A stretch of DNA of 64,000 bases, from positions 360,654,001 to 360,718,000 of the forward strand of contig OZ024740.1 in NCBI GenBank assembly GCA_964016885.1, written 5' to 3'. Positions 1-13,072 of this stretch are shown here, in pieces. Position 1 is the first letter of the stretch; each line of letters opens with the position of its first letter. A program made the translations under genes and the position numbers. Below the pieces are notes generated by a model. That model had not been told where the DNA came from and did not search any database. It saw only the letters and a list, made by a program, of their open reading frames with translations. The DNA is from Eledone cirrhosa. Lineage: Eukaryota.

Positions 1-56
1 ATGGAGCTCACGTTGAACACTACCGCCAAGTGCGAATTTTGCGCAGTTATTATATA

Positions 57-232
57 CGAGGGCAATCCCAAAAGTAAGGTCTCCTTCCGAAGAAAACATG
101 CGTAAAGATCGGTGGATCACTCTGGATGCTCTCTGCATTTTGGTTCCTGAGGTTTCCCAAAGCACCATCCACAGGATTTTAACGGAAAAGTTGCAATATC
201 GGAAGGAGACCTTACTTTTGGGATTGCCCTCG
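57..232 (+). mobile_element. Internally deleted Tc1/mariner element (MITE-like)
   Basis: 34-bp perfect TIRs CGAGGGCAATCCCAAAAGTAAGGTCTCCTTCCGA (57-90 / 199-232) with TA on both sides. The interior translates EENMRKDRWITLDALCILVPEVSQSTIHRILTEKLQYRK, resembling the mariner transposase HTH region. Confidence 0.9.
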
Positions 233-341
233 TATATATGTTATAGACATTTAGAACTTGTTTGTGTCTTATAAACTAAATAAAATAAATTAAACAGAAT
301 GTATATGTGTGACATTGTAGTTGATATAAAAAATAACTCAC

Positions 342-412
342 GTTAGATATCTACGTGCAGGTTCGTAGTTATTTATGAGCAGATAGTAGCAGCCAACAGA
401 CAACCAAGCAAC
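342..412 (-). CDS. CDC16: CDC16/APC6 coding exon 11 (gene continues beyond the window start)
   Basis: cag|VAWLSVGCYYLLINNYEPARRYL|gtgagt; matches the CDC16 TPR segment VSWFAVGCYY...ARRYL; phase consistent with exon 10. Confidence 0.92.
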
Positions 413-1188
413 CTGGGATGAAGAACATTTTAAAAAAAAATTGTTTCAAATAAAATGGTGGTATAAAGCAATTATCATTTTTCATCTAGAATATCATGTT
501 TTTATTTTGGCACAGAAACAAAAAATATATGTCTAATCATGCAAGCATAGGAAAACACATAAAAGATATATATAGAGTATCCAACATTTGTTCTGGGTCT
601 CTGCAGTCTGAGATTAAAAATCCTGTCAAGGACCACTTAGAATTTCATTCTTTCGGGGCAATAAAGAAAGTACCAGCCAAATAATGGTGTAGCCCTCTCT
701 CCTAATTTTTACATCTTGGATATTCCACTGGATCAAGAGCTTATCTGTGTCAGCTTGGACACAAAATCCTTAGTTAAAGCATATTACATACCACCAAGTT
801 ATACTTGATTGCAAGTGACAGTAGTAGTAGTATATGTATACACACGTGCATGAAAATATCTGTATTAACAGTTTGAATTATTTGCACATTATCAGTTGTC
901 TTGTTAGCCTAAACATGCCAAGCTTCTTCCTAAATAATCTATATATGGAAAGGAGCTGGTTATTAGATCAGATAAAAAAAAACAAAAAAACAATGTTTCC
1001 ATTGTTCTTTCTATTGCTGATACTATCTTTTGGTTGCAACTTCTGGCATAAGGTTGCCCATGCAGTATGTGTGTACATATATATATATATACACTGGAAG
1101 GCACTTATAATTACAAATAATGTTATATGATTTTCAATATATAAAGGTTATATGTTATATACTGTGCTTAATATTATCAGCCAGATAT

Positions 1189-3290
1189 GGGCCTTCGGAA
1201 ATAGTTGCTGAGATGCTGAAGGCATCTGGTTCGGTGGGACACACCATGGTCACCCGGATAGTTAACCAAGTCGTACAGAATGGGGTTGTTCCGAAGGAAT
1301 GGCGTAGCAGCATCATCGTTAACTGCTATAAGGGAAAAGGAGATGCCCTAGATAGGAGTAACTATAGAGGCATTAAATTAATCGACCAGGTCATGAAGGT
1401 CACGGAAAAAGTAATAGCGCAACTAATCAGAGAGAGAATTGATCTAGATGAAATGCAGTTCGGGTTTGTGTCAGGCAAAAGTACCACAGACGCTCTTTTC
1501 ATTGTACGACAACTACAGGAGAAGTACCTAGCTAAAAGTAAACCCCTATACTTAGCTTTTGTCGACTTGGAGAAAGCCTTCGACAGAGTCCCCCGTTCCA
1601 TTATCTGGTGGTCTCTTAGAAAACTAGGTGTTGACGAATGGCTTGTGAGAGCTATACAAGCCATGTATAAAGAAACAGTCAGTAAGGTTAGAATTAACAA
1701 CGAATATAGTGAAGAGTTTAGCGTAAAAGTTGGTGTCCATCAGGGCTCTGTACTTAGCCCCCTACTATTTATTATTGCCCTTCAGGCTATAACAGAGGAG
1801 TTCAAGACCGGCTGCCCATGGGAACTCCTATACGCAGATGATCTAACGCTCATAGCTGAATCAATGACCGAACTAGAGAAGAAATTCCAAACGTGGAAGC
1901 ACGGCCTAGAATCAAAAGGCCTTAAAATTAACCTGGCTAAGACTAAAGTTCTAGTTTGTAGGAAAGAAAATAAGGCGGCGGTCCCATCGGGGAAATGGCC
2001 ATGCTCAGTGTGTAGGAAAGGCGTAGGTAGAAACTCCATTTTATGTCCCAAATGCAAAGTATGGGTGCATAAAAGATGTAGTGGGATCACAGGTAAGCTA
2101 ACTAAGAACATAGATTTTACATGTGGCCGGTGCTCTGGTGCAATAAGTAGCAGCAAGTGCCCACAAAATACTAGCTCCTTCAACTACGCAGAGGGTTCTA
2201 TAGAAATAGTGGACAGCTTCCGTTATCTGGGTGACAAAATCAGCAGTGGGGGAGGGTGCTCTGAAAGTACAGTAGCTAGAGTCAGAACTGGATGGAAAAA
2301 GTTCAGAGAGCTTATACCACTATTAGCCGCTAGAGGGTTCTCCCTAAAAATGAAAGGCAGGTTATACGATGCCTGCATACGAACAGCAATGCTGCATGGC
2401 AGTGAGACCTGGGCATTGTGTGCAGAGGATATACGCAGACTAGAGAGGAACGAAGCTTGCATGCTCCGCTGGATGTGCAATAGTAATATACGCGAACGGC
2501 AAAGCATAAACGAACTAAGGAAAAAATTAGAAATAAGAGGGATCAGATGTTGTTTACTCGAGAGAAGGCTACGTTGGTACGGTCACGTGATGCGCATGAA
2601 AGACGACAGCTGTATAACAAAGTGCAGGGCAATAAAGATAGACGGTAGCCACGGAGTAGGCAGACCCAGAAAAACATGGGACGAGCTGATAAATTCCGAC
2701 CTCACACGCTTACACCTCTCCAAGACAATGTCACTGGACCGAGACCTTTGGCGGTACTCAGTAATAGAGAAGACCCGCCTTACCTAAATACAAAGTAAAA
2801 ACCTACTACAGTCAGTAGGCACCTCTATCAAAACACACCCCCGTCCCACCACCTCCACCCCACCCACACCGCCCCTTTCAATGTAAAGTTATGTTGGTCC
2901 CACAACATCCAGGCCGAAACAAATGAGATCGTGTAGGTGTCACGACAAAAAACACACAGTCCACGCTGTAAATGTGGCCGTGTAGGCAACACGGTAAAAA
3001 CCTCCCAGCCCCACACTGTAAATGTGGTTGGTGTTAGGAAGGGCATCCAGCTGTAGAAAACCCGCCAGACAGTCCACGCTGTAATGTGGCCGTGTAGGCA
3101 ACACGGTAAAAACCTCCCAGCCCCACACTGTAAATGTGGTTGGTGTTAGGAAGGGCATCCAACTGTAGAAAACCCGCCAGACAGTCCTATGCGAGCAAGA
3201 CAACCACTCTTGCCTCAAGTGGGAAAACCCCCGTCCAAACCCATGCAAGCGTGGAACACGGACGCTAAACCTGATGATGATGATGATGAT
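1189..3290 (+). mobile_element. 5'-truncated RTE-clade LINE (family A); uninterrupted RT-PHD-C-terminal ORF to 2787; (GAT)n tail; antisense in CDC16 intron 10
   Basis: ORF 1120-2787 has non-LTR RT motifs (NYRGIKL, QFGF, FVDLEKAFD, GVHQGSVLSPLLF, YADD, FRYLG) and an RTE C-terminus (RLRWYGHVMR, GRPRKTW). 3'UTR carries a ~113-bp tandem duplication (2956-3180). Possible GATAT TSD. The first ~23 aa of the called ORF are flanking DNA. Confidence 0.93.
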
Positions 3291-4071
3291 GATATCGTTA
3301 TTTAAAGGGATCTTTCCCAAAGTGATTACAATAAGCACTGGATTTGTAATAATTATGTAATAATTTAACAGGAGATATTTAAAAAATGGGTTTGTTAATT
3401 CAAATGTTTGTAGTATCTTTACTAATACACAGATTGTTGTGAAGTTCCAGTAAAGACTTTAATTTTTAATGTGATACAGCCATAGTGCTGTTTTGTACTT
3501 TCTAACAATATCTTGCTGATGTGGTTTCTTGAAGTACAGGACATAAAGAGACTCTTAACACCATGTAATGATTTAGCAAAAAATTTTAAAGCATGGGCTT
3601 GCTAATTCAAATGTTTATAGTGTATTTACTACTGGACAGATCACAGTTAAAATCTGCAGTAAAAGAGTAACGACTTCAATATTTCAAAATTTTGAATTAG
3701 TAAAATAAGTTTCTCCTTATTAAGTTGCTGTTTGGAAAAAAGTTTCTTACGTAAAATTATGGAAGTTTTTTTTAGATAAATATAAACATTTATAAATAGC
3801 TTTATATCATAGAACTGGGGGTGGTTTTAGGCAGTTAAAAATCAAGTGGGTGAAACGATATTGATATGGAAACAGTAACTGAGACATACATATACGCAAC
3901 ACACTTTCTTCCAGTTTTCATCTACCAAACTGACTCACAAGGCATTGGTTGGTCTGAAGTTATAGGAGATGACAAGGTGACAAAAAATTAAAATAATCCC
4001 CACCATACTAGTGCTGATGGATACTGAATCATATCAGAAAAGGAAAACATGTAAAAAAGTAAAACACTTAC

Positions 4072-4121
4072 CGGTTTAGTAGGATAGAGATCTACCAATT
4101 TATGGGACAAGTAAAATAGTT
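4072..4121 (-). CDS. CDC16: CDC16 coding exon 10
   Basis: cag|(E)LFYLSHKLVDLYPTKP|gtaagt, 50 bp; CDC16 motif LFYLSHKLVDLYP. Confidence 0.95.
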
Positions 4122-4922
4122 CTGAAAATAAACAAAGAACAATATACATATGATTAATTACTTATATAATATATATTACAGCATATAATGGGAGCTTCTT
4201 TCATGACACTACCACTATCACTTTATAAGGCTGGCTGGGTGCTTTTCGTCATGGCACCAGAACAACTACTTAACAGAGTGAAATGAGTGATTTTGTTGTC
4301 ATCGTACCAGCATGATCACCTTACAGGGTGGACCAAGTGTTTTTTTGTCATGGTACCAGCTCTGTGGGAGAGTGTCCAAATTTCCCTGTATGCATTGGTT
4401 GGACAAGGGAGGTGGATGTTGGATGGGGGTGGATTACATCATCATTGTTAAGCATCTATTTCCCAAGCCCACTTGGGCCAGATGGGCTGTCATGCTCTGC
4501 GACTAGGCCTTGACAGGAAAGCACATCTAGTTCATACATTCTTCATTTTATCGTGGTACAAAATGGAGCTGGTCAGGTTTTCCATGTTGACATGGGTTGG
4601 ATGGGGGTGCATCCATTTTTGTATGATGACATGGATGAGGTAGGGGCTATTTTTCCATCCTGGAAGGAGTTGGACAAGCGCGAGGGGGTGTCTTTCACAA
4701 CTGGCAATTGTTGGATGTTTTTGTGCATGAATACCTGCAAGTGGTGAGACACTGTGTTGGAGCAGACAATCCATGCCAGCATGAAAAGACATAAAAATGA
4801 TGATGATAATGATGTCCACACCAGTATCAACCTATACGTGTGATTCTCTCTCACACCTAAAATATTCATACCATTACTTTTTCTTGTAAATTATAAACTT
4901 ATCAAACATTTATGTCACTCAC

Positions 4923-5002
4923 CGTTTGACTTTTTTAGTTCCACTAGGACTGCGATATGTAAAGGGAGGCACAAACTGTTGTAGGGGTCTTTCTTCAAAA
5001 CA
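4923..5002 (-). CDS. CDC16: CDC16 coding exon 9
   Basis: cag|VLKKDPYNSLCLPLHIAVLVELKKSN|gtgagt, 80 bp. Confidence 0.95.
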
Positions 5003-6429
5003 CTGAAATATGAAAGGAGACATAAGAGAGAAGAGAAATTATATCAACTGCAATGAAAGAAAAACAAACAGTACTACTTATTTTAACTAGGTACAGTGGC
5101 AGATTAAAAACTAACTGGGCTGTAACCAAGGTCTCGAAATTAATTCTCTGCTACCACAAATAAAATTAAATTTTCAGTCAGTAGCTCCATACAAAGTTAA
5201 TCTGCCCCTGACTAGATACATGGTAAATTATTGATGTGGAATGGATAGAATCAGAGACAAATTATATAAATATATCATCACCATTGTTTTACATGTTTTT
5301 CAATGCTTGCAAGGGTTAGACAAGTTTTCTCCAGTACAGCATTTCTCCACTTGTTTCTTTGCTTTGTCATATCCTTTATTACAGATAAAAAGCATTCAGT
5401 ACACTATGTGTAAAATGGTACGGCAGGAGCCACAATAAAACACACCTAGTACAGTTTGTAAAGATGCTTGGCACTCTGAAAGGCCTCCAGATGTAGAAAT
5501 CATGCCCAAAATGGAACATATGAGCAAAATGTAGTCCTCCTGACCTTGTCAAGTCTTCGACCACAACAACCCATCTATCCATACCAGCATTGAAAAAGGA
5601 AGTAAAACAATGATTTGTGAGGTTTATCATCCTGAGATCAGAATCCATTTCTGGCCACATCTTTTTTAGTCTTTCTCTTTCATGATTTCTTTATATATTG
5701 TTTTCATCACTTAGTCAAAAAGGAGCGCAGTGCTTATAATCCTTTGGGGGCTTTCACACCATTTTCATCAATCAAATTTCACTCACAAGGCTTCAATAGA
5801 CTCAAAACAATGATAGACTTAGGACAGTTGTTCAAAATTCTGTTCATCAAACCTGGGACTTTATGAAGTAAAACACCTTATCCATTCAATCATACCTTTA
5901 CCCATTAACCATGACACTAGTATTAAATTGGTACACATGAATAACAAGCAAACTAGAAGTTTATTACAATGCATATCAACTCTAATTGGGAGTATAACTC
6001 TTTGAGGCAGGAAAAATTTTGTTCACTTTTTTGTTTCAAGAGGTCTGATTTTCTATATTATAGTCGATATGTATTGTATTAGCTTTTGAAAATGCAAAAC
6101 ATTCTCTTAAATTTCAGTCTTACTACATACCACTTAAGTTTTCCATTGTTTACATTCTAACATTCTATCTGAAAGATACAAGCTTTAAATTAACAGAAAG
6201 GAGTGGCAGAATTCCCCTTGGTGCTGTAGTAACAGAACCTTCCAGCATATGGCAGTAGCAGGATTCAATTACCACAGGTAATTCTGTTTTCACTTTTTTC
6301 CATCTGAGGGGGGTTATATTTTCAACGTTATTCAACAATATTATAATTAATATGAGTCATGGTGGCATTTGCAAAAGACAAAACATTCTCTGATGTTCCT
6401 AAAGTCTTTCAAACTACAAGGAGTTTTAC

Positions 6430-6563
6430 CTATGAGTGATGTTGTAACATCGGATGAAATCACAGTTATAATAATGACGTTCTGCAAGGTTCACTTCGAC
6501 ATCCAAGTTACTGGTGAAAGCTTCCAGTTGATTAGGGACATCCAGTTGTCCTGGCTTGTTGTA
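6430..6563 (-). CDS. CDC16: CDC16 coding exon 8
   Basis: cag|YNKPGQLDVPNQLEAFTSNLDVEVNLAERHYYNCDFIRCYNITH|gtaaaa, 134 bp; conserved LAERHYYNCDF. Confidence 0.95.
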
Positions 6564-6831
6564 CTGAAATCACACAGAAATCACACACTTTCAAAGATAT
6601 ATATATAACACAAATATATCTAACATATTCAAAATATACAAACCTGACACAACATGTGACATACACATAAGATATGGCAGGCAACATCATATACACAAGA
6701 AATGAGACATGTAACACCATACACACATACAAGAAATGAGACATGTAACACCATACAACACACGCACACAAGAAATGACAGACACATAACACCATAATAC
6801 ACACAACAACCAGACTCAACAGCGTGCCTAC

Positions 6832-6926
6832 CTTTTTAAGTCGATTTTCATAAAGAAATTTCACCAGGTCTCTCTCCTCTTCAGAACACTGCATACTAAA
6901 TGGAAGAGATTCTAAAAGTTCTTTTT
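6832..6926 (-). CDS. CDC16: CDC16 coding exon 7
   Basis: cag|(E)KELLESLPFSMQCSEEERDLVKFLYENRLKK|gtaggc, 95 bp. Confidence 0.95.
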
Positions 6927-7544
6927 CTGAAAAGAAAAAAGCATATAAAATGCCATAAATCATATAGTAATAATGGTTTCTAATTTAGGCACAAGGTCAG
7001 CAATTTTGTGAAGAGAGAAAGTCCATAACATTGACCCTACTGTTTGGCTGGTACTTTACTTCATCGACCAAGAAAGGTAAAGTTAACCTCAATGATATTT
7101 GAACTAAGGTAGTAAAGAGCCATAACTAGATATCGAAAACATAGTAATTACAATGAATGGAGAATGGAATTAAAAGATAATAATTATATATGACATCACC
7201 ATGTTGGCCTATTCAAATGGCATTGATTTACTAACATCATCATGTGACCTGAACCAACCAATTGAGGCCCATAACAATATGCCCCCCCCCCCTCCTCCTC
7301 CTCCTCACACACCTAAACTGCATTCTCCATCTTGTTTTTTTTATATATTTCCAGACATCTGAAGGAGTTAGGTGAATTTGAATCTTGAAACCATGGGTAA
7401 TGCAGAAATGAGCCCAACTTAATATAAATACTCTAAACTTCCACATTATGTGTTGATTGCTCACTTATATTCCAGCTATGGCATGTTTTCTACAGCTGGA
7501 TTCCCTTATCACCTGCCTACTTACCTATATACATACATACACGC

Positions 7545-7596
<52 letters not shown>

Positions 7597-7853
7597 GTAT
7601 GTATAGTAGTAATAGGTAGGTAAAAATATCCAAGGTATAGAACAACTCAAGTCCATAGGGTGAAATATAATTATTAGGACCAGTCACTACAATGGTGCCA
7701 TACCAGGTACATGTTTTGTTAGCCCTGTGGACCAGCTTGTTCAACCTTTGCTGATGAAAATGAACCAGAAAATGTTTAAACAAGAAGGAATATATATATA
7801 TATATATATAAATTATAGAAATTATTGTGAGCGTGAAGCCAGCAGTATTTCAT

Positions 7854-7887
<34 letters not shown>

Positions 7888-7911
7888 AAGAGAAAGAAGT
7901 GCAATAACTAC

Positions 7912-8071
7912 CTTCTTCAGCTGACAGCATATGATGAGCAACCAGTCGGTCAAATGCTTCAAAGCAGTATATGTCCTGATTTAATGCCAGCCGATAGTAA
8001 TCTGTGGCTAAGATACGGTTATCCATGGCTTCGTATATTTTACCACGTAGTAAATTTATACAGCTTTCTAT
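7912..8071 (-). CDS. CDC16: CDC16 coding exon 6
   Basis: cag|IESCINLLRGKIYEAMDNRILATDYYRLALNQDIYCFEAFDRLVAHHMLSAEE|gtagtt, 160 bp. Confidence 0.96.
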
Positions 8072-8811
8072 CTGATAAGGAAGGAAATAGACCAATAAAA
8101 TATGTTCTTCAGAATTTAAATATATTTCTGATAGAGTATAATCTGGAAACATTTCAAACCAAGAGATGTACAGGGGTTAAGAAGTACATTTCAATGTACT
8201 TCTGACAGGAAATATCTGGAAACAAACTGACAATACAGGTGTTGATAAGAAGTCCAACATTTAGGTGTTATTAAGAAATACAATATTTCAGACAATCCAA
8301 CTGTACAGGTGTTGGTTTTCAGACATACCAACAGTACAGGTGTTGGTTAAGAGGTAGGTACAGCATGAAGACGTACTTTGACAGAGAATAATCTGGAAAC
8401 ATCAACTAACAAACCAACAGTACAGGTGTTATTAACAAGTATATCATTTCATACAAACCAACAGTACAGGTGTTATTAAGAAATACAAGGGAAGTTAAGA
8501 TGCTGACACCTGACTCTGAAGACAGGAGTTTGAAATTTTAATCCTTTCAAGATTGTATTTCTAATGAAATATCTGCTTTTTCAATTAATTAATGAAGAAT
8601 TTTGGGGATCATATTTATGAAGATAGTAACTTAATATATGTTTCTTATACAAATTATGTAGGAAGATAACAATTTAAATAGGAACCTCTTAAAATGGGGT
8701 GGCTTTGTTACATAGGACCACAAGCTGGCTTTGGTTAAGTTAGCATCAAGAGGTTTTTTTTTAAATCAAAGAAGACCATAAAAAAAAAAGAATAAAACAA
8801 GAATAACTCAC

Positions 8812-8949
8812 ATTTTGTGTAGATATACTCAAATCTGACATATTTGTAGTTTGGTTCAAACTCTTGTTGGCAAATATTTTCATCTGATTAGAATTTTGGT
8901 CAGAAAGATTGATGATGTTTAAAGCAAACTGCCATTCTTTACATTCATA
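8812..8949 (-). CDS. CDC16: CDC16 coding exon 5
   Basis: cag|YECKEWQFALNIINLSDQ...SISTQN|gtgagt, 138 bp, phase 0/0. Confidence 0.92.
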
Positions 8950-9455
8950 CTGAAACAAATGGAAACATCATCAGGTCACATTTTCCTGCTTCAATTACCA
9001 CTATCACCACCATTGTCATCATTTAATGTAAACTTTCCGCTTTATAGAGTGGATTGTGTACATTTTAGCATAACAACAACATTAACACTTTGCATGGGAT
9101 ACTGTAGAGCTCCGAGAAGAGGCGACACAGTTTGATCACTCAGAAACCCACTTTTTGCTTCATCCTTTTCATGTTAAAATACATTTTTTCCATGGACAAT
9201 TATACATCATTTGAAAGTTCTGGATGTGAACTTTCTTCTCATATACTTATGATCAAAATCTGACACTTACATATCATGCCAGATTGCTTGTCACATATTG
9301 TGTGCCTCTGATTCAGCTTTGGAATTACATTAAAGGCACATATGTCAGTGGAATACTCAACCACTTACATGTTAATCCTTGCTGGATGTTCAATTGATTA
9401 AACTGTATATTCATCATCAAAACCAACATCATCAGTAAAATATAGTTATACTTAC

Positions 9456-9494
9456 ATGACATCTGGCAGCTAGATACCGACATGCTGGATGTGT
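9456..9494 (-). CDS. CDC16: CDC16 coding exon 4 (39 bp)
   Basis: cag|THPACRYLAARCH|gtaagt; conserved ACRYLAARCH. Confidence 0.95.
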
Positions 9495-10921
9495 CTGGAA
9501 AAAAACCAAAAATCAAATAAAGGAAAAGCCATTGGAATCAGTTTAACCCTTTTAATACCAAACTGCCTAAAGTCACCTTTTATTCTAAGATACTAAGCTG
9601 TTTGTTTTAAAATGTTTTTCGGTATCTAAAAACCTTCCATCATAATTTTATGCAAAAACCTCTGTTAAATTATATTTCACACATCAGCTTAGTAATGAGA
9701 AAGTTGATTATATTACTAAATTTCTCCAAATGCCTGCTTATTTTCAAATTTATTTAAAAATCATAGGCAGTATCTTTCATTAGAAATATGGTAACAATGT
9801 TTTGTATTCTGTGTTCAAATCCAACTATGGCCTACTCCGACGATAGACTTAATCCATCACTCCCTTTAACACCACCAGGTACATGTGTGCTTTTAGTAGA
9901 AATCACACCATTGCAAGCATTCAGGCCAGGTCTCCAATTTGTGGATATCTTCCACCTTCCCTCCAGCCTCAGAGATAGATAATCCCTTTTATCCTGTCTA
10001 AGCAATATAAAATTTCAAAAAAATTAACCCTTTCATTACCATATTTCTAATGAAGGAAATTGCTTATGATTTTCAAATAATCAAGAATTCAAAGGGATTT
10101 AGTAATACAACTGATTTTCTCATTGTTAAGCTGGTGTTTGGAACATAACAATGGTTCTGGCATAAAATTATGATGAAAGGTTTATAGATAAATATTAACG
10201 CTTTGAAGCAAAGACTTATGTATTGAAGACCAAGGATGGTTTTAGACCACAAGTGTTAAACAGATCATGTATTAAAACTATAGTGTGGAATGATCTGAAA
10301 TTTTTTTAATTTTGGTTTTCCGGAGATTTTCTTAGAGCAAGAATAGAATGATTTCATTTCAATTAACTACTACATTTCTAAAAGTTGCCTGATTTTTGTT
10401 AGACTTGTTTAGCAAACTACACTTAACATGGTAAAATTCACTATCTTTCAGAAAAGTGCCAGTTCAATCACTGGTTTACTTGGCTTTGATATTTTATGGC
10501 CGATTTATTTTGGATGATTTTTCAAGATATTTTGTGGATTTTTTGTGCAAAAGAACTGAATAATTATTAACTTTAAATTACTATAAAATTCTATAGACAC
10601 AATCTTCTTAGCTATTGTTTTTTGCTTCTTCTCCCTAAAGGTCTTATTCAACAGAACATTTGCAATAAACAATAGGAAAAACTTCATAAAAATATTTTCC
10701 CACTCTGGGTGCATTGTACCACTGTACAAAGTGTACTGGGTACATTAAATTATAGCACTAGAGAAGGTGCCAAGCCCTCAACAAGACTGAAGGGTTCTCT
10801 CTGCCCTATATTGCCTATATTGTCCAATCACCAACCACTTTACAGAATGGGAACCAAATAATCAAACACCAAGGTAACAATCAAACAAAGAGGAAAAGCA
10901 TAACAAACACAGTACACCTAC

Positions 10922-11019
10922 CTTGTCGAGCTTTCTACTGCAGAGAAGATGAGATGCTCGGTGGTACTGTCCTGTGAGGTAAAGGGCTTGAGCATACCAG
11001 TAAATGTCTTCAACAACAC
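10922..11019 (-). CDS. CDC16: CDC16 coding exon 3
   Basis: cag|(G)VVEDIYWYAQALYLTGQYHRASHLLCSRKLDK|gtaggt, 98 bp. Confidence 0.96.
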
Positions 11020-11644
11020 CTGAGCAAAAAAGCAAAACAATAAAAACAAACAAACAAACAAAAAATAATAAAGAAAAATTAAAAAAACAAAACAAGAGAC
11101 AACAGAACTACAGACAGTTTGACAAGAAAAACTTCATGTGGTCATTTGACTTGTAGAAACAGCATTTGAGTCTCCCTCTACTGTCTTAATACAAAAGACA
11201 CATTAAATAACAAATTTTATCTGGTCCTAGATGCAATATGCTTTAATTGTGAATGTAGCATAGCCAAATGGTTATGAAGTTCACTTCAGTCATAATGTTC
11301 AATCTCAGAGCATGGCATCTTGAGCAAATGTAACTTGCTACATCTTACTGTCAACCCACACATTATGAGTAAAATTGGGTAGATAGAAACTGTTTAGAAG
11401 CCCATCTGATGGACTGTACCTGTAATTCAAAGAGTTAGCCTGAATTTTCCTGAAAATTAAACTCAGGGTACATGTGTCAGCCACTTACACATTAATTTCA
11501 TGACCAAGCACTTCAATTGTTCAAACAGGAATGCTCATTGTGCAAACCCAACAATATATCCAATCCTGCCTAAGTTTTAATAAAAGATGACACAGTCATA
11601 ACTGAATAACACTATTAAAAGACTTCACAGTACTTCTGTCTCAA

Positions 11645-11835
11645 TCAGTAACACACCACTGTATTACAGTCACAACTAGTAACACACCACTGTATTACAG
11701 TGACAACCAGTAACACACCACTGTATTAGTCACAACCAGTAACACACCAATGTATTACAGTCACAATCAGTACTACTGTTTCAACCAGTAACAGACCACA
11801 GTACAACAGTCACAACCAGTAACACACCACAGTAC
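11645..11835. repeat. Minisatellite, ~30-bp unit (CAGTAACACACCACTGTATTACAGTCACAAC)
   Basis: About 6 degenerate tandem copies visible. Confidence 0.8.
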
Positions 11836-11883
11836 TGCAGATTCACATGTATTTCCAGTAGGCTACCAATAGTTATATCTTAC

Positions 11884-11938
11884 CATTTGACAAAGAAACT
11901 GCTTTATCCGCCCAGAAGACTGCTGACTCATATTGGTG
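11884..11938 (-). CDS. CDC16: CDC16 coding exon 2
   Basis: cag|HQYESAVFWADKAVSLSN|gtaaga, 55 bp; conserved SAxFWADK. Confidence 0.96.
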
Positions 11939-12368
11939 CTGAAAAATATGATACAAAATAAAGTAAAATATATATAAAAACAATAACGGTTTCTTATGTC
12001 TCTACAATAATATAGTTGCATCATGGTAAACCCATTGTAGCCACAAATAATAATTTTTAACATTTAACAGCAATTTGTCAGGAGGAGAAGGTTGACTAAA
12101 TCAACTCCGGTACATGATTAGTACTTTATTTTATCAATCCCCAGGAGGGTGAAAAGTGAAGTTGACCATGGCAGGATTTAAACTCAGAAAGTAAATTTTT
12201 GAGTGGAAGGAAAATCAATTAAATCGACCCTAGCACTTTACTGGTACCTTATTTTATTGACCCCAAGAAGGACGAAAGGCAAAGTTGAACTTGGCCAATT
12301 TGAACTCAGAAATGTAAAGAGCAGTAACTAAATGCCAAATAGCATTTTCTTCAACACTCTAATGATTC

Positions 12369-13072
12369 TAATAATAATAATAATAATAATAATGAAAATA
12401 TTGTGTACAGTGCTCAGGTGCACTACAACTCATCAAAAGTGTATGTATAGTACATAGGGTAATGTACAAACGTCAGGAAAATGAACAGTGCATGAGTCAT
12501 GATATACACGTGTGCATGTGTATGGAAGGGGGACATCAGGTGTAGTTTTGGCGAATTTCGGGAAGCATGATGGTTTTAAAGGATGCAGTGTCTTGGCAGC
12601 TAACAACTGATGCAGGGAGTTTGTTCCATGCTTCAGCAACTCTAAGCGTGAAAAAATGTTCCCGAAAGTCATGGGAGCTGTGTTGTTTTCTGATTTTGTA
12701 GGCATGTCCACGTGTGTGAGACACATGGAGATCAAAAAGGTGCTCAGGGTTGTTGTTGGCGAGATGGTTAATAACTTTCTGGGTGTTTACCAAGTCCATT
12801 GCCAGACGTCGGAGCTTCAATGAATCCATGCCCAGGGAAGCAAGGCGTTCAGAGTATGGTAGGTGTCTGATGGAGGGTATGCGCTTGGTTGCACATCCCT
12901 GAACAGTTTCCAGGAGGTCAATGTTCTGAGCAAGATAGGGGTTCCAGACTGATGATGCAAATTCCAAGTGTGGTCGTACCATAGCTGTATACAGCTTTAA
13001 ATAAATGGCTGGAGAGCGGCTAACAAAGGTCTTGCTGAGTGATGCCAAGACACCCTCGGCCTTCTTGACAAC
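12369..13072 (-). mobile_element. 5'-truncated CR1-group LINE (3' end) with (TTA)n tail
   Basis: Encodes LYTAMVRPHLEFASSVWNP...TRGHAYKI...FFTLRVAEAWNKLP; nearly identical to 23805-24505. Confidence 0.92.

Noticed and set aside
1120-1188. N-terminal hydrophobic leader on the RT ORF suggesting a domesticated gene
   Set aside because: Chance open frame in AT-rich flank upstream of the truncation point; near-identical TE copies elsewhere argue for a young insertion.
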